From: an uncultured bacterium
GTDB taxonomy: Bacteria > Muiribacteriota > Ozemobacteria > Ozemobacterales > Ozemobacteraceae
NCBI GenBank assembly: GCA_964580875.1
Contig: CAZOMG010000017.1
Span: forward strand, 64,001 to 87,650
Direction: 5' to 3'
Length of the DNA: 23,650 nt
The translations under genes and the position numbers were made by a program. Under the pieces are notes generated by a model, which was not told the DNA's origin, ran no database searches, and worked only from the letters and a program-made list of their open reading frames with translations. Each line of letters opens with the position of its first letter. The first letter of the stretch is position 1. Shown here in pieces: positions 8,217 through 16,600 of this stretch.

Positions 8217-10201
8217 ATTACAGCTACTTTCCAGAGCAGCAGGGCGAGAAGTGCAATGGCCAGATAGCCGACATAAAGGTGCAGATGGCCATGTTGCAGT
8301 GCTCTGAGTGGAACCACCAGCCGGTCAATCAGGGCGAAAAGCGGCAGAAAAAGGTAGCGCAACAGGGAGTCGGGCGCTTCAGTTCTAAAACTGGCGTGTT
8401 GCGGGAACAGGCCGCTGACCTTTTCGCCATGGCGAAAGGGTCTGACGATACTCGAAAAAACTTCAGAAACAGGCTGAGAGAAAGATGACGAAGTATATTG
8501 AATACGTGCATTGGGGGCGGCAAAACCGCAGTCCCAGGTGGGGCGATCCTGGACTTCGCCTTTGGAAAAGCGGCTTTTCTGGATGCGCCAGCCCAGCATG
8601 ACCAGTATGATCAATGCCAGTGAAAAAGCCGATATGGCACGCAAAGGCACGGCCGACAGCAGAAGATCATCGGCCGAAAACAGCATGCCGGCGGGGGCGC
8701 CGATCTCGGCAACAACGCGTGAAACCGGCAGCAGTAACCAGGGCGACAGCAAAGCCACTGAAAAAATAGCCAGAACGAGAATTGCCATGGGGAGCCTTAC
8801 CAGCGGTTTTATTTCCATGGGTGGTGGTTGTTTTTCTTCTCGCGGTGCGCCGAGAAAAACCAGCCCGAAGGTTCGTGAAAAACAGGCGGCGGCCAGGCCG
8901 CCGATGAGACCAAGACCGGCCAGCACAGTAGCAGAGAGCAGCAGGGCTGATGAGGTTCCGAGGCGGGTCGCTTTAAGCCCGGCCAGAAAAATGAGAAATT
9001 CACTGACAAAATTGTTGAAGGGCGGGAGACCGGCAATGGCGGCCGAACCTATTCCAAAGGCAAGGGCCGTGAACGGCATCGACTTCGCGAGCCCGCCCAT
9101 TGACTCCAGTTTTCTCGTTCCGGTGCCGAAATAGACGGCCCCCGAACCAAGAAACAGCAGGCCCTTGCAGATTGAATGATTGAGAATGTGCATCAAGGCA
9201 CCGGCTAAAGCTGCAAAGGCCATGGCCGGCAGCTTCCAGATGGTGGCAAGCACTGCACAACCGAGAGCCATGAGAATAATACCGGCGTTTTCCATGCTGC
9301 TGTAGGCGATGACTTTTTTAAGGTCATGCTGCACCAGCGCGGTGATCAGGGCAAAAACCCCGGTTAACAGGCCGCCGAACAGCAGGGTCCAGCCCCAGGA
9401 TGCCTGTTGAACCGGCAGAAACATCATGACCCTCACCAGCCCATAAAAGCCCATTTTGCTCATCGCACCCGACAGAACTGCCGAAACATGAGCGTCGGCA
9501 AAGGTATATGAATCAGGAAGCCATACATGTAACGGAATCAGCCCGACCTTAACGCCAAACCCGAACAGGGCGAGAAAAAAAATCGTCGAATAAGAACCGT
9601 AGGTGGCTGGAGCATTCAGAAACTGGTCGAATTCAAACGAGCCGGCCGAAGCGCTCAGCAGACCGAAGAGAATGAACAGGCCGGCTGTGCCGATGTGACT
9701 GGCCACCATAAAACGCCAACCGGCGTTGCGAACCGTGCCGATTTCGCTGCGGTGTGTAATGAGAAAAAAAGCTGCAACCGACATGATTTCCCATTCCATG
9801 AGAAAGAGGACAGCGTTGGCGGAAGCGAGCAACATCAACATCGAGGCAATCAGCAGGTTATAAAAAAACCAGTAACTGCCCAGGGCATGCTTTTCGTCAT
9901 AATGGGCGGTAGCGGCGGCATAAATTGCTGCGAGTGAGCCGAGCAGAATAACAGGCAGTGCGAAAAATGCCGATACCTGGTCAAGGCAAAGGGTAGCCGG
10001 GCCGAGGGGCAGGTTGAGCAGATAGCGACCGGTATCAGAAGCAAAAAACAAGCTTTGACAGACAGTCACCAGGGCCATTGCACAACCGGCAAGACACGAA
10101 AGGGCGCCGATCGCTGAAGAAAGGTTGCGCATGCGGCCAAAAAGTCCGGCGAAGCTTCCGCCGACTATAATAATCAAAATTGCGGTTAAAAAGAGCTGCA
10201 T
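8213..10201 (-). CDS. HyfB/HycC/NuoL-like antiporter-type membrane subunit, 662 aa; first gene of the operon
   Basis: ATG at 10199-10201 with an AGAGG Shine-Dalgarno about 9 nt upstream. Large polytopic protein with the HVWLPDSY and AGLPPFNNFVSEF motifs characteristic of the NuoL/MrpA/HyfB family. Preceded by a 420 bp intergenic region. Confidence 0.8.
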   Translation of the reverse strand: MQLFLTAILIIIVGGSFAGLFGRMRNLSSAIGALSCLAGCAMALVTVCQSLFFASDTGRYLLNLPLGPATLCLDQVSAFFALPVILLGSLAAIYAAATAHYDEKHALGSYWFFYNLLIASMLMLLASANAVLFLMEWEIMSVAAFFLITHRSEIGTVRNAGWRFMVASHIGTAGLFILFGLLSASAGSFEFDQFLNAPATYGSYSTIFFLALFGFGVKVGLIPLHVWLPDSYTFADAHVSAVLSGAMSKMGFYGLVRVMMFLPVQQASWGWTLLFGGLLTGVFALITALVQHDLKKVIAYSSMENAGIILMALGCAVLATIWKLPAMAFAALAGALMHILNHSICKGLLFLGSGAVYFGTGTRKLESMGGLAKSMPFTALAFGIGSAAIAGLPPFNNFVSEFLIFLAGLKATRLGTSSALLLSATVLAGLGLIGGLAAACFSRTFGLVFLGAPREEKQPPPMEIKPLVRLPMAILVLAIFSVALLSPWLLLPVSRVVAEIGAPAGMLFSADDLLLSAVPLRAISAFSLALIILVMLGWRIQKSRFSKGEVQDRPTWDCGFAAPNARIQYTSSSFSQPVSEVFSSIVRPFRHGEKVSGLFPQHASFRTEAPDSLLRYLFLPLFALIDRLVVPLRALQHGHLHLYVGYLAIALLALLLWKVAVI

Positions 10202-10622
10202 ATATAACTACCTCTGGGTGCGTATCAGTTGCATGTGCTTTTTTACGCCTACTGCTCACCTTTTGCAAGTCTTTTAAAAAAAATCTCGCAGAATACAGAG
10301 AGATTTTGCATTTGATCTGGCGCATACGGTGGGCCTGGGGTCAGCATTTTTGCCCCCCTCGGCAATCATTGTACGCATGTACCCGTAAAATTAAAAAAAA
10401 GTTAGCTTACTCTTGGAAATTACGAAAATTTCGGTTAGAATGAAAAGCACGGAGATTCCTGCACCTCGCTGAAAATATTGAAATTGTTTCGCAGAGCATG
10501 GTTACGGTTCTGATTCGGTTGTCGCGATGAGTGGTTTCAATATAATCTGATCTGCAGGTTGACCCGGTGGTGTTTTGGGTTCTTTTGTTGCTGCTTTGAC
10601 TTCTTTTAACGCGTAACGATCA
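10202..10622. promoter_or_regulatory. Divergent intergenic/promoter region between the Ehr-like operon (minus) and the lipase-PhaR-like bicistron (plus)
   Basis: 421 bp non-coding stretch, relatively AT-rich, with two A8 tracts (10276-10283 and 10393-10400). A near-palindrome GTACGCATGTAC lies at about 10369-10380. I could not pick out a convincing sigma70 or sigma54 hexamer pair by eye. Note that with the later GTG start of the lipase gene (about 10704) the non-coding region extends to about 500 bp. Confidence 0.4.
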
Positions 10623-12020
10623 ATGATTATCCTTGTCAGAGCACAGCAGAGACTGCATGAAGAGTATAGTGTTACCTCTCGTTTGAAAGGTGATAGAGTA
10701 GTGATTAGAAATTGCCTGCCATTGCTTCGTATCCGAATTGCTTTATCTAAAGTCGCCTGCCTCGGGCTGCTTTTGTTGGTTTTGTGCTGGCCTGCAACCG
10801 CCGGCGCGGTTCTCAATGTCGTCAGTGAATTGTCGGGTCGTGACTGCTCCCCCTGGGAGCGCACCGAACTCATTGCAGACGACGACGCGCATTTTATTGC
10901 TGAGCCTTTTCATCTGAAGAGTCGTCATACTCACAGCATTGTTTTAAAAGCCTTCGGCACCGCCAAACCACATTCGCGCAATTTTCTGCTGCATTTCGCC
11001 CCCCGCTGGGATCGCCCCCGCCAGAAAGTGCCGGTTTTGCTGGTGCATGGCGCCGGTGATAACGCCTGCCGGGGTTTTTGCCACCCATATTCCTTCGACC
11101 TCCCCGAATCCGGAACCATTGACAAACCAGGTATGATGCAGCATCTGGTCCGTGAGGGTTTTTCGGTGTTTGGTATAACCTTTTCACATCCGCATGGCGA
11201 TAACTTTTTGCAGGCGCAGCAGGTTGCCAATGCTATCGCCCGCATTCGCGAGCTGACCGGTTCCGAAAAGGTCGATATTGTCTGTCACAGCAAAGGTGCC
11301 ATGTCGGTGCGAATTTATGCTTCCGATCTCGGCAGTGAATACCCTGAATATGCCTGGTTGACTCCCTTTCGCCACGACATCAGAAAAATCGTTTTTGTCG
11401 CATCGCCTCTCAAGGGCATTGATACTGCCTTCAGATATTACATGTATAATTTTACTGTCATGCAGCAAAAACTTGCCGCGCCGCTTGGCCCGCGTTCAAT
11501 GGCCTGGCAGGGCATGTATGTCGACAATGAAAGCCACAACCGGCTTTTTCCGGGGCAGTTTCAGATGTTGCATAACTGGGCCAACGATGGCATTGACCTG
11601 AGTGGTCAAAGTCTTACTGCAGATGCAAATATTACGTGTAAAGCGCTTTATAACGGTGGCGTCAGTGCGATGCTTGTTTCAGATGGCATTGATCGTGCTA
11701 TACAGGAATCCGGAAATGTGATAGACTCTCTCTGCAAAAAGGGAGTCGACCCCTCGATCACCTGTCATATTCTCGCCGGTACCGACCAGAAAATCGACAC
11801 TCTGAAGCTTTTCTGGCTTGAGCTTCCGGTCGGCGAATTTGCTGACAGCAGCGACGGGGTCTTGTTTCTCAAGAGTGCGACCTATAAGAAGGGTTTGACA
11901 GCCCGCGGTGCCAAGGTTGCCAGTGTCAAGACACTGAACATGCACCACGTTGGCGTGACCGTTCGGCCAGAAGCGCTCAATCACATTTCCGAGGTTTTAC
12001 GTGAAAGAAATTCTGATTAA
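10623..12020 (+). CDS. Secreted lipase/esterase-like alpha/beta hydrolase (family I-type lipase motifs), 465 aa by ORF track; probable true start at GTG about 10704
   Basis: A hydrophobic signal-peptide-like segment (ACLGLLLLVLCWPATAGA) follows an internal GTG at 10704, which has a strong AAAGGTGA Shine-Dalgarno 7 nt upstream. Oxyanion-type VLLVHGAGD and nucleophile-elbow VCHSKGAMS (x-H-S-x-G) motifs resemble Bacillus/Pseudomonas true-lipase boxes. The stop at 12018-12020 overlaps the next gene's start. Confidence 0.7.
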   Translation: MIILVRAQQRLHEEYSVTSRLKGDRVVIRNCLPLLRIRIALSKVACLGLLLLVLCWPATAGAVLNVVSELSGRDCSPWERTELIADDDAHFIAEPFHLKSRHTHSIVLKAFGTAKPHSRNFLLHFAPRWDRPRQKVPVLLVHGAGDNACRGFCHPYSFDLPESGTIDKPGMMQHLVREGFSVFGITFSHPHGDNFLQAQQVANAIARIRELTGSEKVDIVCHSKGAMSVRIYASDLGSEYPEYAWLTPFRHDIRKIVFVASPLKGIDTAFRYYMYNFTVMQQKLAAPLGPRSMAWQGMYVDNESHNRLFPGQFQMLHNWANDGIDLSGQSLTADANITCKALYNGGVSAMLVSDGIDRAIQESGNVIDSLCKKGVDPSITCHILAGTDQKIDTLKLFWLELPVGEFADSSDGVLFLKSATYKKGLTARGAKVASVKTLNMHHVGVTVRPEALNHISEVLRERNSD

Positions 12021-12576
12021 AAAATACGACAACCGTCGTTTGTATTGCGTTGAAGAAGCCAGATATGTTTCCCTCACCGAGATTCGCGATTTTTTGCAAC
12101 GCGGCGACAAGGTCAAGGTTGTCGAAAAAACCACCGGCAAAGATATCACCAAATACATTCTGATGCAGGTGATGCTCGAAGACCGCTATGAACTGGTGCC
12201 GACCTATTTTTACCAGATGATGCTGCAATCACAGCCCGAAGCACTCGATTATTTTTTCCAGCAGTTCTTCCCCTGGATGATGAGCATGTACAAAAACTAC
12301 CAGGAAGGCAAATTCGCGTTGCCGAGCATGCCCGGCATGCCAGCCATGCCCAGCACGCCGTTTCAGAATCCCTGGATGCAGATGCCCAACCCTTTTCAGG
12401 GCATTAACCCTTTTATGCAGCAGGCGGCGACCCCGCAGTCAACCGCGACTGCTGCCCCTCCGCCCCCGGCCGGCAAAAAAGCGGGCAAACCTGAGGCTCC
12501 CGCCTCCGGTGATGATAAAATGGCCGAGATTCTCAAGCGCCTGCGCGAACTCGAAGAAAAGCTGCACTCAGAGTGA
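12001..12576 (+). CDS. PhaR-family DNA-binding protein (PHA/PHB accumulation regulator N-terminal domain) with Met/Pro/Gln-rich low-complexity C-terminal tail, 191 aa
   Basis: GTG start at 12001 with a GAGG Shine-Dalgarno 7 nt upstream; the start lies 20 nt inside the end of the lipase gene. The N-terminus (ILIKKYDNRRLYCVEEARYVSLTEIRDFLQRGDKVKVVEKTTGKDITKYILMQVMLE) closely matches the conserved PhaR N-terminus (IKKYPNRRLYDT..S.Y.TL.DV....VKVVDAKSG.DLTRSILLQIILE). The C-terminus (MPGMPAMPSTPFQNPWMQMPNPFQGINPFMQQ...) is low-complexity and ends in an amphipathic helix. Confidence 0.75.
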   Translation: MKEILIKKYDNRRLYCVEEARYVSLTEIRDFLQRGDKVKVVEKTTGKDITKYILMQVMLEDRYELVPTYFYQMMLQSQPEALDYFFQQFFPWMMSMYKNYQEGKFALPSMPGMPAMPSTPFQNPWMQMPNPFQGINPFMQQAATPQSTATAAPPPPAGKKAGKPEAPASGDDKMAEILKRLRELEEKLHSE

Positions 12577-12617
12577 TAACTTGCGTTGCTTCTGAACGCT
12601 GAGAGCGTTAGAATCGG

Positions 12618-12653
12618 GCGACTGTTTCACATGGAACAGCCGCCTTTTGCTTT
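12618..12653 (+). terminator. Rho-independent terminator candidate after the lipase-PhaR-like bicistron
   Basis: GCGACUGUUUC-ACAU-GGAACAGCCGC forms a stem of about 10 bp (one mismatch, one G-U pair) with a 4-nt loop, followed by CUUUUGCUUU. A second short hairpin, AACGCT-gag-AGCGTT, lies at 12595-12609. Confidence 0.5.
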
Positions 12654-12772
12654 AGCCTGCTCTGACAGGGGTTTATATCAGATATGCTTCTTTAAAAGTT
12701 TTCTGACCGGCCCTTCACCGACTGTAAAAATTTTTTGCCCCCGACAAACCCGCTTTCTGTTATGATTATATT

Positions 12773-13510
12773 ATGAAATACAAACTGACCGGTGGGGTAC
12801 TGTTGGTGGTTTTGCTGCTTCTCGCTGTCTTTGCATCAGGCTCTGACGGCAAGCGGCGCAGCAGGGCATTGGCGATCATGCGCCAGGCCCGGGAGTTTCA
12901 TCTGGCCGGGCGACATGCAGATGCCCAGAATATGCTGCTCAAAGCCCGCTTCATCTGGAAAGAAATCCCCGAGCCAGACTGGGCGGCAGGGTCTCACCAG
13001 GCATCTTCAGCACAAGACTATGCAGTTTCTATGCAAAAACGCCACTCTGACCGGGTGGCCGCAATTCTTCTTGAGGCCCGGCAGGCTCACACGCGCTGGG
13101 ATACGGAACGCGCCCGGGCGCTCATCGTGCAGGCCCGCATTCTTGAACCCGGTTTGCCTGACCCTGAATGGCTTAAAAGCCCGCCCGGGCCTCGGGTTGC
13201 AGCCGAAAAGCCTCTTGACCGCCAGCAACTTCTGGCGCAGTTGCGTGCCAGGCCTGATGAGGCAAGCATGCTTGCCCTCGAAAAGCATCTAAGAGATCAC
13301 CCGGGTGACGAAGAAGCCCGCAAACTTCTCATGCAGACGGCGATCTCCGTCGGTGCTGTCAATGTGTTGCAGCGCCTTCCCGGTGCCGGTGGCCGGCAGA
13401 CTGATGGGCAATTGCTGCTCGTCTGCCTGAAATGGTTCGGGCTGCTGCTGATTCTGGCCACGCTGATCTGGCAGACCCACAGTCTCTGGGTTGATTTTAA
13501 GCAGCATTGA
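12773..13510 (+). CDS. Hypothetical protein with N-terminal signal peptide or anchor helix and C-terminal hydrophobic helix (bitopic prediction unverified), and an internal ~37-aa duplication, 245 aa
   Basis: ATG at 12773. N-terminal hydrophobic segment (VLLVVLLLLAVFASG) and C-terminal hydrophobic helix (WFGLLLILATLIWQTHSLWV). Two aligned repeat units: AIMRQAREFHLAGRHADAQNMLLKARFIWKEIPEPDW and AILLEARQAHTRWDTERARALIVQARILEPGLPDPEW. The charged helical central region may be TPR/Sel1-like. I recognise no family. Confidence 0.55.
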   Translation: MKYKLTGGVLLVVLLLLAVFASGSDGKRRSRALAIMRQAREFHLAGRHADAQNMLLKARFIWKEIPEPDWAAGSHQASSAQDYAVSMQKRHSDRVAAILLEARQAHTRWDTERARALIVQARILEPGLPDPEWLKSPPGPRVAAEKPLDRQQLLAQLRARPDEASMLALEKHLRDHPGDEEARKLLMQTAISVGAVNVLQRLPGAGGRQTDGQLLLVCLKWFGLLLILATLIWQTHSLWVDFKQH

Positions 13511-13635
13511 GCGGTATCGATTCATCGATCACGATGGCGACGGGGCACTGTCATTTCCCCTGAATTACGCCCGCCACCATGAAGTATTTGCATTTTTATA
13601 AAAATAAGACTGTCATAAGAACACGGAGATTCATC

Positions 13636-16600
13636 ATGTTGAACAATATTGGCACTGGTAAGCAAGGCTTTGTTTTGGTTTTGCTCGTGGCTTTGCTGGT
13701 TTTTTGCCAGGCCAATCCGGCGACGGCTTTGCAGCAATTACGATACCCCACTTTCGCCACCCCCTGGACAGAAACAGGCAAAGTTTTAGCTGCTGAGCCT
13801 GTTCTGTTTTCTAACACGACCCCTAATACTTCGGGGAACGGTCGCCGGGGTCTCTATGAGCGTCCCAATCAGTCAGGCACCAAGCAGGGCGATGGTTACA
13901 TGCAACTGGCATTTCCGGCCGTCGCTAAAAATGCTTCAACCACAGTATTGGTGCTTCTGTCTGTCAGAGAACCTACTCTTGCAAAACAGGCCAATAAGTG
14001 GTCGATGACCACAAAGGGTACCATCAGAAAATCCGATGAAACGGTAATTGCTGACCTTTTTAGCCGCACTTTGATTGAAGGTCAACAAACAGATACCTGG
14101 CAAGATCTGACCTGGAGCGGCACTCTGGCGCCTGCCGGTGTGAACGAACGCCTTTTCCGAATCTACTGGTTCATAGAGATCGTTGCCAACAACAAAGATC
14201 AGGTTGGAGCCGACTTCAGTGACGTTTACCTGCACATGAGCCCTTGCGGCCTGGCGGCCGCCGAAGAAGCGGTTGATGGTGGCGGAGTCACCCTCACCTG
14301 GAACCCAAGCGCACCGGGTACTGGCCAGCCGGGTTTTGATCCTGCCACCGCTCCATATCGTATTTATCGCCGCACCGACCCTCTGGCAGAATGGCAGTTG
14401 ATCGCCCAGTGGCCAACCGCGCCATGGGTGGCACCGGCGGCCACCACCTATACAGATACCACCTCACCTGCTTCAGAGACCGTATATTACTGCATAACCG
14501 ATTTCGACACCAATCTTTATGAATCGCCAAAGTCGCCCGAAGCTGTTTTTAAACCGGCCAGGCTGGTAATCGATGAGGTGACATCTGGTTATGAATCGGT
14601 CACCATCGGTCAGACGGCCGAAGTTTATGTTAAGCTGCACAACTCTGGCAACAGCCCCATCGATCTTTTTGCCCTCGAACTTGATTTTGAAGGCCCGGCT
14701 TCAGCGGCCTACTCTGTCGTGCCGCCGACCCTGTCGCCGGCTGCGCCTTTGACGCTTGCCGGGGGAGCGAGTGCCACTCTGACTTTTCAGGTGACCATAC
14801 TCGATAACCTCACTGCCCCGGGCTTCGAAACGATAAATGCTTCGGGGGCAGCACGTGCCACCGTCCGCAACCTTACCGTCACCGATACCCAGGCCGACGA
14901 CGACAAGAAAGAACGCTGGACGATCTGCTGGCCAGCTTCCCTTGAAATTACCGAAATAACTGTACCGCCCCGGGTTTTTCGTGGCCAGGTCGGAGCCACC
15001 ATAGACATTACTACCCTGAATAACGGTGGTGAGAACGCGGCGGGTGAATGGCTCAATACCGCGTTTAAGTTTGAGCCGGGCGGCGCCGTCGATTTCACCA
15101 ACCTCAGACTTGACCCGTTGAATACTTTGCCGGTCGAGATTAGCCAGAATAATACCATTACCAGGCGTTATCTGGTCGATGTTTCGGCGAATGCCCAGAT
15201 TGGGCCTTGCAATATTTTTGGCCGCATCTATTACCAGGATGTCAACCTGCGGGGCGACAGCGATTTCTGGACTGACTTCGATGATTCACCGGTCGCTTCC
15301 TGGTCGGTTCTGGCCGGTATCATGCGCACCTTCAGAACGTCATCGTATCTGACAGCCACCAGTACCTTCAATGCCGGCGCCAACAACGTGTTTGCCAAAG
15401 CTGAGAACCTGCAGCCTCTGACCAGTCATCGCTTCAGGTGGTTTGACCCTGATGACCATGAGGTTCTGACCAGCGGCATGGTGCAGACCAACGATCTGGG
15501 GGTCATGACCTATGAATTCCCGCTGACTGGTGCAGCCCATGGCCGCTGGCGGGTGGTGGCAACCAAGCCGCTGCTCGACACGCCACTTGCCGAAGCTTAT
15601 TTCTGGGTCCAGGACCCGGCTGCTATTTCAATCAGTCTGGGCATTCCGCCAATAATTGTCGAAAATCGCTACTTCAACGCTACCATGACGATGACCAACA
15701 TCGGTGAAGCGGCAGTTGCCCAGGCCTATGCCGGTTCGATTCTAAGAGTTAACAGTGTGGGCAACGCCAGTCTGGGTTCATTGCCGACTCCGACCTACCG
15801 TACCATCAGTGGCTTTGGAACTGGTATGTTCAGCTGGGGTTTTACTGCCACCACCATGGGTTCCTACTCATTGGAGGTAAAGGGCTACGGTTACGACGAC
15901 AACGACGGACGCTTTCTTGAAACGGCGAGTGTAACCAGCAATGTGGCCACGATCACCACGGCGCCAGTTCTCTCGGTAACCGGGGTGAGCGAGACCTATG
16001 ACAATGTATCACCAGGGCAGGCAAACCTGACCGTCAATATGGATATCGCCAACACTGGCGGCTCGCCGGTGTATGTTAATGCTGCGTCTCTGACCTTTGA
16101 TTCTGGCGCAGTTGCCCAGAGTTACACCCAGGTTTACGCTTCGCCGCCGGTATTTCCGTTCGTTCTCGATGGTAACTCAACCGCAAGAATCGTTTTTACG
16201 GTGGCGGTTGATGCGAGTTCACTGCCGGGTGCTGCGCTTATCAGGGGTTCTTTTACCGCATCCGAGGTTTACGATCTGGCGTGGGGCTACGGAGTGCCGC
16301 ACGGAGGTGGCACCGGGAACTGGACGGTTGCCGACGTTTCTTACGGTGAATGCAGTGCCAACCAGGATTTTCTGCCGCAACAGTATACGTTTAACCAGAA
16401 TCAGAGAATTTATGTCAGATTTCATAATGTGCCCGACAGTAAAAAAAATAATTATGCTGTTCTTTTTTTCGATGATGAAACCCTCGGAATCATCGGTGAT
16501 GAGCGGGAGTCGGTCTATGGTATTCCTGCCAATACTGAAAAGACGGTGACCACCAATGTTCAGCTGCCTGGCGACGCAGCAGTCAGAAAGTGGCGGGTTG

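Noticed and set aside
10502-10873. 123-aa minus-strand ORF overlapping the 5' end of the lipase-like gene and the intergenic region
   Set aside because: Its composition is typical of an antisense translation. It overlaps the signal-peptide-coding part of a well-supported gene. It has no RBS and no recognisable fold signal.
12792-13292. 166-aa ORF in an alternate frame of the 245-aa repeat-protein gene
   Set aside because: It is Cys/Arg/Pro-rich frame-shifted noise of the same strand. The 12773 frame has an anchor helix at each end and an internal duplication.
13579-13635. Upstream extension of the giant ORF (MKYLHFYKNKTVIRTRRFIM...)
   Set aside because: The ATG at 13636 is preceded by a GGAG Shine-Dalgarno at the correct spacing and starts a canonical signal peptide. 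The 19-codon extension is AT-rich promoter-like sequence (TTGCATTTTTATAAAAATAAG).
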